Notes: a model not told the origin generated them from the sequence alone. Shown: positions 9,617-18,362, counted from the first letter of the stretch. The stretch: 64,000 nt of DNA from an uncultured delta proteobacterium (GCA_963810935.1 CAWEPK010000005.1:1-64000), one strand, 5' to 3'. Program-made: numbers and translations.

Positions 9617-11060
9617 GCAAAATCTCCTCGATCACCGCCCTGTCGCTGAAAGGGTGGGTAGTCTTTCCAATGATCTGATAATCCTCGTGGCCCTTGCCTG
9701 CCACAAGCACAACGTCCTTTTCTCCGGCCATTCCGATTGCCTCTGCTATGGCCGTTTTTCTGTCCTCTATGGTTTTGAACGCGTTCCCCGTCACGCCCGA
9801 TTCGATCTCCGCGATTATGGCGGAGGGTGATTCCGTCCGCGGGTTGTCCGACGTTATTATGGTGAAATCGGCCAGGCTGGAGGCAATCCTGCCCATGACA
9901 GGCCTCTTTACCCGGTCCCTGTCGCCCCCGCACCCGAACACGACTATCAGCTTTCCGGGCCTGACCCGGTTGAGCGTCTCTATCGTTTTCTGGAGGGCAT
10001 CGGGGGTATGCGCGTAATCGATGAAGACGTGGAAGCCCCTGCCCGTCTGCACCCTGTCGAGTCTGCCCGGCACACGCTGCAAAGCGTTTATGCCCGCAGT
10101 TACGGCCTCGGGCGCGAGCCCGCAGACGTCCGCCGAAAGCGCGGCTGCCAGGATATTCGACACGTTGAAAAAGCCGACGAGAGGTGTTTCCACGCGCATC
10201 CGCCTGCCCTTCAGTGAAAAATCCAATGTTATGCCGTCTATCGTCTCCGCGACGGACGTGGGATATGCGTCCGCGCCCGCCTTGTGGCTGTAAGTCGCAG
10301 TCCGGATGGGCAATGGAGGGACAAACGAGGGCGCGCTCGGGTCGTCGATATTGAGCACCGCCCATTTTTTCTCCTTGACGCTCTGCACCAGATAGCGGCT
10401 GAAAAGGAGCGCTTTTGCGCGCCTGTAACTCTCCAGGTCGCCGTGGTAGTCGAGATGGTCGTGGGTGAGGTTTGTAAAGACCGCGCAGTCGAAATCTACG
10501 CCTTCCACGCGCCCCTGGTCGAGGGCATGGGAGGAGACCTCAATCGCAGCGTAGCGCACCCCTCTTTCGACCATCGCGGCAAAAAGCGATTGTATCTCTA
10601 CGGACTCCGGCGTCGTGTTATTGCCTTTCATCTCGCAGCCGTTATACCGATACGAGATCGTGCCTATCACGCCGGCCGTCGCCCCGGACGCCCGTATTAT
10701 GGACTCTATGAGGTAGGTGATGGTCGTCTTGCCGTTGGTGCCGGTGATACCTGTGACGCTCATCCTGCGCGACGGGAAGCCGTAGAACCTGGCAGCCGCC
10801 TGTGCAAGCAGCAGGCGTGCGTCGCCCGTAAGCACGAGACACGGGATATCGCCGGTAAGCGGCTCTTCCGAGACAACCACCGCGGGCCGCCGGGCCAGCG
10901 CGTCCTCGAGGAAGGCCCTGCTGGATGGCGTCACGAAGAACACGGAGCCCGCTCCGACTTGCCTTGAATCCTTGGTGACTCCCGTAACCTCCTGCCCGTC
11001 CGGAAAAACGCCCATGACCGCAGTTACCGGAAGGCCGGCCAGGAGCTCGGTGGGCTTCAT
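9603..11060 (-). CDS. murE: UDP-MurNAc-dipeptide--2,6-diaminopimelate ligase
   Basis: TGTNGKTT, EVSSHAL, DHLDYH, DYAHTPDAL, GCGGDRD and DNPR (DAP-type) motifs; start ATG 11060. Confidence 0.97.
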   Translation of the reverse strand: MKPTELLAGLPVTAVMGVFPDGQEVTGVTKDSRQVGAGSVFFVTPSSRAFLEDALARRPAVVVSEEPLTGDIPCLVLTGDARLLLAQAAARFYGFPSRRMSVTGITGTNGKTTITYLIESIIRASGATAGVIGTISYRYNGCEMKGNNTTPESVEIQSLFAAMVERGVRYAAIEVSSHALDQGRVEGVDFDCAVFTNLTHDHLDYHGDLESYRRAKALLFSRYLVQSVKEKKWAVLNIDDPSAPSFVPPLPIRTATYSHKAGADAYPTSVAETIDGITLDFSLKGRRMRVETPLVGFFNVSNILAAALSADVCGLAPEAVTAGINALQRVPGRLDRVQTGRGFHVFIDYAHTPDALQKTIETLNRVRPGKLIVVFGCGGDRDRVKRPVMGRIASSLADFTIITSDNPRTESPSAIIAEIESGVTGNAFKTIEDRKTAIAEAIGMAGEKDVVLVAGKGHEDYQIIGKTTHPFSDRAVIEEILRVAG

Positions 11061-12004
11061 CAGTTTTCCGTCCTCCCCCGGATAATGCACTCCTGGTCGC
11101 CTTTAAGCCTTTCAAAAGGTCTGGGCGACTGGTCGGTCACGTACCCGCTGCCGTATACCTTGATCTTTGTCGTGTAGGTGGAGAGCTTGCCTATGGCGGT
11201 GCGTATGGGCAGGCTGGCGAGGTTAGGCATCATCCATTCGGGTTCCACCGTCTTCCTGGCGTCTCTGGCCGCATCTAAGCCGTTCGTTATCTCGAAGCCG
11301 CTCTTGCCCTTGGCTATGCCCGTATTCTTCAGATAAAAGGGGAAAACCTCATCGCACTCCGGGCCTGCGTTCCTGTTATAGAAAGATACCAGTTTTTCCC
11401 GGTCGATCCTGTATCCCCTGCCTAAAGTTATATCCTCGGCGCTCAACCCCCCTGAAGGGTTGATGCCCTCCTGTTTCATGAACTCCAACACTCGTTTTTG
11501 CCCTATTGTACTAAAGATACTCCTTAAACCATCTTCGTCGCGATCTCTAAGAATTTCGAGAGGTTTCTTCCATACTACGTTATTGTACACATCCTTTTTC
11601 CCGAAAATCAAACCCTCTTTTTCGATCCATCCTTCCTTCAAAGCGTGGCAGACAACGGGGACCGAAATTAGGAGGGAGGGCTCTATCCCCGGCCGGCCGA
11701 CATCGGCATATCGGCCGTCCGCCAAGGGGGACCGCGTATTGCTCGCGGCCGGTCCCTTTGATGTGCCGTCCGATTGTGCGGAAACGGGAGAAGCCGTGAC
11801 GGGGGATAGAGCCCGTTGGGGAGGGGCGTTGCAGTCTGTTTCGGTGTAGGGAACGGGCATTAGTGCGCCGTGTGACGCGTTCGCCTGTTCCGCTGAAATC
11901 CGTTTCATACTCATTTTATCAGTCAATCGAAAAGCGACAGAGACATTGATGAGGCATAATACAACACAAACAAGAAAAGCCCTCTTCCTGGACTTCTTGT
12001 TCAT
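11060..12004 (-). CDS. Short degenerate FtsI/PBP-like protein with C-terminal PASTA-like domain
   Basis: 314 aa in the ftsI slot; N-terminal TM. EPSLLISVPVVCHALKEG resembles the EPGSxxK region but lacks SxxK. C-terminal MPNL...GSGYVTDQSP is PASTA-like. Confidence 0.7.
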   Translation of the reverse strand: MNKKSRKRAFLVCVVLCLINVSVAFRLTDKMSMKRISAEQANASHGALMPVPYTETDCNAPPQRALSPVTASPVSAQSDGTSKGPAASNTRSPLADGRYADVGRPGIEPSLLISVPVVCHALKEGWIEKEGLIFGKKDVYNNVVWKKPLEILRDRDEDGLRSIFSTIGQKRVLEFMKQEGINPSGGLSAEDITLGRGYRIDREKLVSFYNRNAGPECDEVFPFYLKNTGIAKGKSGFEITNGLDAARDARKTVEPEWMMPNLASLPIRTAIGKLSTYTTKIKVYGSGYVTDQSPRPFERLKGDQECIIRGRTEN

Positions 12005-12333
12005 CGCAAGACCACCACCTCTTTATCGTCCGGTCGTTTCAGTCCTAAGCGTTTGCGGCTTGCAAACTCCATGTATCCCTTCTGCGTCACTGCCGCAAGC
12101 TCCATTTTCAATGCTTTATTGGCTTCGACAAGCTCTTTTTCTTTGTTGAGGCTCTCTATGAACCGGCCCCTCGTCTCTTCGTATATACCGGTCACGAAGA
12201 AAAGGGTCGAGACGAGGGCCAGGCAAATCACAACAGTCACGGCGATAAATAGCGGCGACACCCGCGCGCGCATGTAGCTGGTCTGCTCTACCCTGATATA
12301 TGCGTTTCTTCCTATCGCCCGCGTCGTTATCAT
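12001..12333 (-). CDS. ftsL: Cell division protein FtsL-like
   Basis: 110 aa, single TM, coiled coil, ends ASRKRLGLKRP; lies between rsmH and the ftsI slot. Confidence 0.8.
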   Translation of the reverse strand: MITTRAIGRNAYIRVEQTSYMRARVSPLFIAVTVVICLALVSTLFFVTGIYEETRGRFIESLNKEKELVEANKALKMELAAVTQKGYMEFASRKRLGLKRPDDKEVVVLR

Positions 12334-13199
12334 AGCTTCTCCGATACGCGCAGCTTAGCGCTCCTGGCCTTACGGTTCTTCATGATCTCCTCCCTGCCGG
12401 CCCTGATCGGTTTCTTTGTAACCGGCCGAAGCAAAACATTCTCCCTGAAAAACCTCTTAACTATTCTGTCCTCCAGGGACTGGAAAGTAATCACGCCGAT
12501 CCTTCCTCCCTTTAAGACTGCTGCTGTCGCCTCCTCAAGGCCCTCGCCGAGGTTTTCAAGCTCCCTGTTAACCTCAATCCTGATCGCCTGAAAAGTTTTT
12601 GTGGCCGGGTGTATTTTTCCCCTTCCTTTTTTCGCCCCCGCCACTATATCGGCCAGCGCCTTGGCGCCTTCTATGGGGGCCTTTTTTCTCGCCTCGACGA
12701 CGGCCCGCGCTATCCTCACGGCGTCACCCTCCTCACCGTACTCTTTTATGATCCGCACAAGGGCGGAGTAGCCGTACTGGTTTACCACTTCCCGGGCCGT
12801 GAGCTCTTCATCCCTGTCGATCCGCATGTCAAGGTCGTCTTCATCGCCGAAACTGAAACCCCTGCCGCCCGACATCTGGTACATCGATATGCCGAGATCG
12901 AAAAGCACGGCATCGACCTCGGTGACCGACGCTTCGCGCAAAATGCGTCCCAGGTCCCTGAAGTTGCCTTTCTTCAGAAGCACCCGGTCCGCGAAGGGCG
13001 CCAGACGGCCGGACGCAAGAGCCAGAGCCTCTTCATCGGCGTCCAGCCCGATCAGCTTCAACTGCCGGTATTTCTCTAACAGGTAGTATGCATGCCCCGC
13101 GCCTCCGACAGTCGCATCTACCAGCAGCTTGTCATCGGCGTCGATCAGATATTCCGCAACCTCGCCAAGAAGAACCGGTACGTGTTCCTGCGCCGTCAA
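12330..13199 (-). CDS. rsmH: 16S rRNA m4C1402 methyltransferase
   Basis: HVPVLL, DATVGGAGHA, HPATKTFQAIRIEVN, SLEDRIVK and RSAKLR motifs. Confidence 0.97.
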   Translation of the reverse strand: MTAQEHVPVLLGEVAEYLIDADDKLLVDATVGGAGHAYYLLEKYRQLKLIGLDADEEALALASGRLAPFADRVLLKKGNFRDLGRILREASVTEVDAVLFDLGISMYQMSGGRGFSFGDEDDLDMRIDRDEELTAREVVNQYGYSALVRIIKEYGEEGDAVRIARAVVEARKKAPIEGAKALADIVAGAKKGRGKIHPATKTFQAIRIEVNRELENLGEGLEEATAAVLKGGRIGVITFQSLEDRIVKRFFRENVLLRPVTKKPIRAGREEIMKNRKARSAKLRVSEKL

Positions 13200-13711
13200 A
13201 GACCGAGTTCCGATGCGATATCGGTCATCTTGTCCGTATCAGACGTGGCCTGCTTGACCAGCTCGCTCCACGTCTCCTCGGCCCATATCTCTATCTTCGT
13301 GTTCATGCCGATTATTACCACGTTCTTCCTGATCGCCCCGTAGTTTCTGAGGGACTGAGGTATCAATATCCTTCCAAGTCTGTCCACGGAGCACTCGGAT
13401 ACGCCGGAATAAAAAAACCTGAGGAAGTTCTTCGCCTCCTTCCTGGAGACTCCCGACCTCTCTATCCGCCCCTGGACTTCCTCCCATTCCTTTTCCGGAT
13501 AGGCGACGATGCAGCCGTCAAGGTTCGTCAGTATCAGCTTCAGCTCCGCTACGGCGGCTTCCTTTTTGCGCCCGCCTTGCTTTCCGTAATAGCTGGCGAC
13601 CCGCTGCCCCTCGGCCGGCTCCATGTGGGAAATCAGCGATTCCCTGAATTTGGCAGGAATGCTGAGCCTTCCCTTATCGTCTATCGCGTATTCGAATCTA
13701 CCTGAGAACAT
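13196..13711 (-). CDS. mraZ: Transcriptional regulator MraZ
   Basis: IDDKGRLSIPAKFR and VDRLGRILIP repeats; ATG at 13711. Confidence 0.95.
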   Translation of the reverse strand: MFSGRFEYAIDDKGRLSIPAKFRESLISHMEPAEGQRVASYYGKQGGRKKEAAVAELKLILTNLDGCIVAYPEKEWEEVQGRIERSGVSRKEAKNFLRFFYSGVSECSVDRLGRILIPQSLRNYGAIRKNVVIIGMNTKIEIWAEETWSELVKQATSDTDKMTDIASELGL

Positions 13712-13715
13712 ATGT

Positions 13716-13740
13716 CCCACCGTTTAACACTCTTTCCCAC
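13716..13740 (-). promoter_or_regulatory. MraZ-binding direct repeats
   Basis: GTGGG-N5-GTGTT-N5-GTGGG with 10-bp periodicity just upstream of mraZ. Confidence 0.8.
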
Positions 13741-13749
13741 TTAATGCCA

Positions 13750-13778
13750 AATATACCGGTAACTCCTTTCTTTGTCAA
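13750..13778 (-). promoter_or_regulatory. Sigma70 promoter of the dcw operon
   Basis: TTGACA-N17-TATATT. Confidence 0.85.
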
Positions 13779-13943
13779 GGTTTTTTTAGGTTCTTGGAGT
13801 TTTTTTAAAAGCTTTCCCTCATGCGTCGGCCGGATAGCGGGGAGGACGGAACCTGTTTTTCGACCTGCCCGGATGGTTTGGCTTACAGGCATGTCCGGTT
13901 TCTTTACACAAACGGCACCGTTAATCTTTTATTTTTCTTTGTC

Positions 13944-13978
13944 TATCAAGGATTTGCGCCCTGGCATGGGCGTTGCTT
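13944..13978 (+). promoter_or_regulatory. Sigma54 promoter preceded by an IHF-like site
   Basis: TGGCATGGGCGTTGCT (GG-N10-GC) at 13962-13977; TATCAAGGATTTG (WATCAA-N4-TTR) at 13944-13956. Confidence 0.6.
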
Positions 13979-14132
13979 GCGCATCCCGGCCGCACTCGAC
14001 GGCTATCCCGTAGTCATCGACGAGATGGGGAGATAAAGAAACTCTAGCGGGTGGTCGGTGATCGGCTAGGTTGGTGGCGGAATAAAAAACAAAAGATCAG
14101 GCAGGTGGTTAAGGTAATGTAAGACGCCTGCC

Positions 14133-14771
14133 TCAGTACGGCCTCATGCCCAGCACGTTGCCCGGCGGATTGTAGTTGCAGACGACTATCATGTACCCCG
14201 AGCAGAATGCCTTTGCACAGCCGACGTCCCTCGTGCCCCGCCAGATAAGCTGCGTGTAGTGGCCGAATGAATGTACGCCGTATTGATCGACGGCCCTGCC
14301 GTCGTAGACCCGTTTTTCTCCCTCCCACATGGCCACTGCATCGGCCACCCCATAATATCCGGCGGTACCCATGAATAGGTTTTCTCCGTGTTCCTGCTTC
14401 CACCTGCCGGAATGCGGCCGGTGCTCCATGCGGCGGCTTGTGGACGCGAGGTGGTCGGCCCATTCCTGGGCGTAGACAGCCAGCTTCGTCGACCACGTGA
14501 GGGGAGAGAGGCCCACCTCCGTGCGCGCCCTGTTATGAGAGGCAAGCAATTGCCTGACCTCGCGCGGCGTCAGGCGGGAGCCGGCAGGGCCGCCCTCCGT
14601 GCCGGGCGCCATACTGCTTTGCCCCTTTGCGCCCCGGGGAGAAGCGGCCTGAGATTCCGCCCACCACGGCACAATTTTAATGACGCGCCCGCGCACGTCC
14701 CGGTCGAGCGAGACGGGGCCGAGGACAAACACGATGAGGACCGAGATGGACAATAGCCTGCCGACTGACAT
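14133..14771 (-). CDS. CAP/SCP (PR-1-like) secreted protein
   Basis: HNRAR, GENL, GHYTQLIW and VCNYNPPGN motifs; hydrophobic N-terminus from ATG 14771. Confidence 0.92.
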   Translation of the reverse strand: MSVGRLLSISVLIVFVLGPVSLDRDVRGRVIKIVPWWAESQAASPRGAKGQSSMAPGTEGGPAGSRLTPREVRQLLASHNRARTEVGLSPLTWSTKLAVYAQEWADHLASTSRRMEHRPHSGRWKQEHGENLFMGTAGYYGVADAVAMWEGEKRVYDGRAVDQYGVHSFGHYTQLIWRGTRDVGCAKAFCSGYMIVVCNYNPPGNVLGMRPY

Positions 14772-14796
14772 ATCCGTTTTCTTCGCATTCAGGCCG

Positions 14797-14813
14797 AAGC
14801 AACAAGCATGCCT
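14797..14813 (-). promoter_or_regulatory. Sigma54 promoter of the CAP gene
   Basis: AGGCATGCTTGTTGCTT (GG-N10-GC) about 27 nt upstream of the ATG. Confidence 0.65.
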
Positions 14814-14908
14814 TCGGCGCTTTTCATAAACCATTGGAAAAACAGGTGCGCAAGCCAACCCTTTTTCGGGACGGGCGCGGGGAATGTCGAATGGCGCCCT
14901 ATCAGACA

Positions 14909-14921
14909 GACAAAATTGTCG
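14909..14921. promoter_or_regulatory. Palindromic operator GACA-N4-TGTC, copy 1
   Basis: GACAAAATTGTCG, about 100 bp upstream of the sigma54 site; recurs at 16719 and 18555. Confidence 0.6.
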
Positions 14922-14970
14922 CTTCCTTTACTGTATAAAAGACTAAAACGGCGGGGGAGGCTCGATGCGG

Positions 14971-15035
14971 CCGGGGCGCCCGCCCGACGTGAGGAGGGAA
15001 GGGTCGCGCGCGGGGGCGCTGAGCCCCAATAATTG
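14971..15035 (-). repeat. Short dispersed repeat, copy 2
   Basis: CAATTATTGGGGC...GCGCGACCCTTCCCTCCTCACGTCGGGCGGG matches 15700-15774 in inverted orientation. Confidence 0.7.
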
Positions 15036-15041
15036 GCCGGC

Positions 15042-15383
15042 CTATCCTATGGCCTCACTGCCGCGCTCCCCGGTCCTTATGCGGATGCATTCTTCGAGGG
15101 GGAGCACGAAGATCTTGCCGTCTCCGATTTCGCCCGTCTTGCCCCCTTTGGTGATAGCCTGAATCGTCGGCTCCACGAAGTCGTCGTTGACCCCTATCAG
15201 AAGCTGCACCTTCCGGAGCAGGTTCCCCATCTCCCTCACGCCACGGTAAACTTCGGTGACGCCCATCTGGCGCCCATGTCCAAGGACCTCGTTAACCGTT
15301 ATAAGATTTACTTCCACTTTGTACAACTCCTGCTTTACCGCCTCCAGCCTGTCCGGCTTAATGATAGCGATGATCAGTTTCAT
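15042..15383 (-). CDS. Nitrogen regulatory protein P-II (GlnB/GlnK family)
   Basis: AIIKP, GHGRQ..TEVYRG T-loop and TGEIGDGKIFV...IRIRTGE motifs. Confidence 0.95.
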   Translation of the reverse strand: MKLIIAIIKPDRLEAVKQELYKVEVNLITVNEVLGHGRQMGVTEVYRGVREMGNLLRKVQLLIGVNDDFVEPTIQAITKGGKTGEIGDGKIFVLPLEECIRIRTGERGSEAIG

Positions 15384-15698
15384 GCTTCTCCTCCCGTCCT
15401 GATCTTATACAGGCATAGTACTCCACTTCGTCGGATCGACGCGCCTCTTTGCTTTTGCCGGCCCCCCAGTCCATAGGTCCGGCCATGCCTTTGGGGCAAT
15501 CGCCGGGAACGGACAATTGATATTATCATTGTCGCCCGTAATTCGCCACACGTATTAGAGAAACGGAATTATAAACCTATGGCCTGTGCAGGACCGGCGA
15601 AACGGAGGCGGGCGGACGGGATGTTGTCCGAAACGGGGTGCATCTTCGTACAGAGATAAATAAATAAAAAGAAAATAGCGGGTGATGGGCAGTCGGCG

Positions 15699-15839
15699 GC
15701 AATTACCGGGGCCCCAACACCCCTCCATGAGCAAAGCGCGACCCTTCCCTTCTTACGCCGGGCGGGTGTCCCGGGGCTTCACCGCTCGGCGCTGCGCATC
15801 CGCTTACCTTAACGACCCTGCTGCTTGTGCAGGGTCGTT
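15699..15839 (+). repeat. Short dispersed repeat, copy 3, plus adjacent 11-bp hairpin
   Basis: Shares sequence with both other copies; AACGACCCTGC-N7-GCAGGGTCGTT at 15811-15839. Confidence 0.65.
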
Positions 15840-15896
15840 TATTCGAGCTTGGCGCGCCCTTGAAGGTGTTAAACCGACCTCACCAGCTTCCGTCCG

Positions 15897-16418
15897 TTAC
15901 GGGTGCGGATACGGCGCGGGGGCCGGGTAATAATAGACCGGCGGAGGAGGAGGCGCATAGACCCTCACCGGCGCCGGTCTGTAAGTCGGCACCTGGTTTC
16001 CCTTGCTGTACATGCACTGCCCGTAGGCGATATCGTACCGCCTCTGGAGGGTGCGCCCGTTCATGGCCCCCTGGTTGGAACCCATGGCAGTCCCGCCTAC
16101 GAGCCCGGTGGCGCCGCCGATGGCCGCCCCCGCCCCTACATTGCCCGTCGCGGCGCCGACCGCCGCGCCGAGCCCTGCACCTACGACAGTGCCGAGCACG
16201 GCCCCGCCGACGGCCGTCTTATTGGCCGTATCGCTCGGAGACTCTCCCCCGATTTGCTGCTGAGCCCATTGCCTGCAGACAGCATCGTCACCCTGGAACA
16301 CCTCGAAGGGCTTCCCCGGGCCCGGCATTACGGAGATGCTCGGTCCAGTCGGAACCGATGCACACCCCCAAAGAGCGGCAAGAACAAAACATATCGGAAT
16401 AATCAGCCTCCAGTTCAT
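15897..16418 (-). CDS. Glycine-zipper lipoprotein (YMGG-like)
   Basis: Lipobox LWGC, GAVLGTVVGAGLGAAVG zipper, QCMYSKG and a Pro-rich tail; ATG 16418. Confidence 0.85.
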   Translation of the reverse strand: MNWRLIIPICFVLAALWGCASVPTGPSISVMPGPGKPFEVFQGDDAVCRQWAQQQIGGESPSDTANKTAVGGAVLGTVVGAGLGAAVGAATGNVGAGAAIGGATGLVGGTAMGSNQGAMNGRTLQRRYDIAYGQCMYSKGNQVPTYRPAPVRVYAPPPPPVYYYPAPAPYPHP

Positions 16419-16584
16419 TGCGTCACGCCTCCTTTTTTGGCCCGGACGAAATCGGCCCGGGAACAGTCGATCCGGGCAACGGCAGTCAGAGTGAAGCGAT
16501 AGCCGCTCGCGCGCCGGCGCCTTTTCAGGCAATTATCTTTATGGTCCGGACTGCTTCTCAAATTCTATACCTAATTCTTCGGTG

Positions 16585-16601
16585 AAGCAAAAGGCGTGCC
16601 T
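16585..16601 (-). promoter_or_regulatory. Sigma54 promoter of the lipoprotein gene
   Basis: AGGCACGCCTTTTGCTT (GG-N10-GC). Confidence 0.7.
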
Positions 16602-16718
16602 TGCACCACCCGCAGCACAAGTTCCCTGTTTTTTGCTTACGGGCCGGTCAAAAGCGGTCTCGGGCGGCTCCCTTTTGCCGACCACCTTCATGTCAAAGGT
16701 CCATTACATTGCAGGAAT

Positions 16719-16732
16719 CGACAAAAGTGTCG
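16719..16732. promoter_or_regulatory. Palindromic operator GACA-N4-TGTC, copy 2
   Basis: CGACAAAAGTGTCG, about 120 bp upstream of the sigma54 site. Confidence 0.6.
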
Positions 16733-16867
16733 ATTTAGGGGGCGCGCCGCTCGACATTACTGTGCGGCCGGCCTGTGCCCATCCCGAAAATCCGGACAAT
16801 TAAAACAAGGGACCGGAGAGTCTTCCCGACCCCCGGCCCCCTGTTGTTGCCCGGTTTCTGCGGAGCG

Positions 16868-18226
16868 CTATTTATTCGCTGCCATGTGCAATGCCGGCAC
16901 GCCGATCCTTGAAGTGCGAAGGGCCAGCAGCGCGACGATGCCCATAATCACGAGCGCGAGTATCGAGTTGACACCGCATATCTTGAAGACCGTCCAGTTG
17001 AGCCCGATGAAGACAGCACCCATAAGCGGTGCGACTGTCGAGCCCAGCCGTCCTATTGCATAGGCCCATCCGACTGCCGTGCCCGTGATGTCCGTAGGAT
17101 AGGAGAGGGTTACGAGGGCCACAAGGCCGGAGACGGTGCCGTTGATGAAAAGTCCGTTGATCACGGAGATTGCGGCGATGATGAAGAATGGGCTGGTCGC
17201 AAAATATCCGAAGGCCGCGAGGCTCAGGAACCCGAGCACGAAGCCTCCCTGGAGGATCCGATAGGGGTTTTTGGCCTTATCCATCATGCGGCCTATCGAG
17301 ACCGTCGCAACGGCGGAGCCCAGGTTTATGAGGGCGAAGGCCAGCGCGTACTGCTGCACCGAAGCGCCGCTCTTCTTCAGCAGCGTAGGCGCCCACGCGA
17401 GCATGAGGTAGATCAGGTAATAGCCGACGAAGAAACAGGCCCACAGAAGTACAGTCGTGCCGGCCCGCCCTTCCAGGAAAAGATGCTTCAGCGGCACGCC
17501 CGGACGCCTCACCTCGTTCGAGCAGAACTCGACGTCCTTCTCTTTCAGGAAGGCAGGCGCAATGTGGCCGATAATGCGGCGGACTTTCGCCTGGGCCCCT
17601 TCTCTCTTTACGAGGAACGTGAGGGACTCAGGGAGGAAGAACAACATCGCCATCGCGATCAGTATCGGCACGCCGCCGCCCATGAAGAATAGCGACTGCC
17701 AACCTAAATGGGGAAGGAGATAAACGGCGGACAAGCCGCTTATCGTAGCGCCCGCCGGCACACCCGCGTACAGCGCAGTCGAAAGCGTTGCCCTTGAGCG
17801 GGAGGGCGAGTATTCTGCGCCGAAGGCGATGGCGGTCGGGACCGCGCCGCCCATACCGAGGCCCGCTATAAAGCGGAAAAGGGCCAATTGGCCGACGCTC
17901 GTTACAAACGCGCAGAGCACTGTAAATACGCCGAAAACAAGCGCGCAGGCGACGAGCATCCGCTTCCGCCCGACCTTGTCTGCGAGCATGCCCAAAAAGG
18001 CCGCACCAAAAAGCGGCCCGAATTGGCCCGCGCTTATTGCAATACCAAGGGCCTGCGGCCTGATATGCATGTACTCTGCAATCTTGGGCACCGCAACCCC
18101 GATGACGGTCAGGTCGAACCCGTCGAGGAGCGTGCAGCAAAAACAGAGTATACCCACCAGTATCTGGTAGGACGTAAAAGGAACGGAATCGAGAACTTCC
18201 GATATGCTTACCGTCCGAGTCGCCAT
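16868..18226 (-). CDS. MFS transporter, aromatic acid:H+ symporter family (PcaK/BenK-like)
   Basis: LDGFDL, LADKVGRK, RFIAGLGMGG, AEYSP and LPES motifs; 12-TM pattern. Confidence 0.9.
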   Translation of the reverse strand: MATRTVSISEVLDSVPFTSYQILVGILCFCCTLLDGFDLTVIGVAVPKIAEYMHIRPQALGIAISAGQFGPLFGAAFLGMLADKVGRKRMLVACALVFGVFTVLCAFVTSVGQLALFRFIAGLGMGGAVPTAIAFGAEYSPSRSRATLSTALYAGVPAGATISGLSAVYLLPHLGWQSLFFMGGGVPILIAMAMLFFLPESLTFLVKREGAQAKVRRIIGHIAPAFLKEKDVEFCSNEVRRPGVPLKHLFLEGRAGTTVLLWACFFVGYYLIYLMLAWAPTLLKKSGASVQQYALAFALINLGSAVATVSIGRMMDKAKNPYRILQGGFVLGFLSLAAFGYFATSPFFIIAAISVINGLFINGTVSGLVALVTLSYPTDITGTAVGWAYAIGRLGSTVAPLMGAVFIGLNWTVFKICGVNSILALVIMGIVALLALRTSRIGVPALHMAANK

Positions 18227-18333
18227 TGCTTATTCCTCCCAAAACTCCATCGCCGGCTGCGAGGTCTCCATGGCCCGCGCCTACCTGAGTGTACTACTTT
18301 TCGGCTAACACTTCGGTATTAAGACTACTTGCA

Positions 18334-18362
18334 GTTTTACTATTAAACGGCATTCTTGTCAA
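18334..18362 (-). promoter_or_regulatory. Candidate sigma70 promoter of the MFS gene
   Basis: TTGACA-N17-TAAAAC. Confidence 0.45.

Noticed and set aside
32..13705. Many long + strand ORFs opposite the dcw genes (and similar ones such as 48731-49792 and 60040-60942)
   Set aside because: Antisense shadows of GC-rich coding sequence; no motifs, and they fully overlap confidently identified genes.
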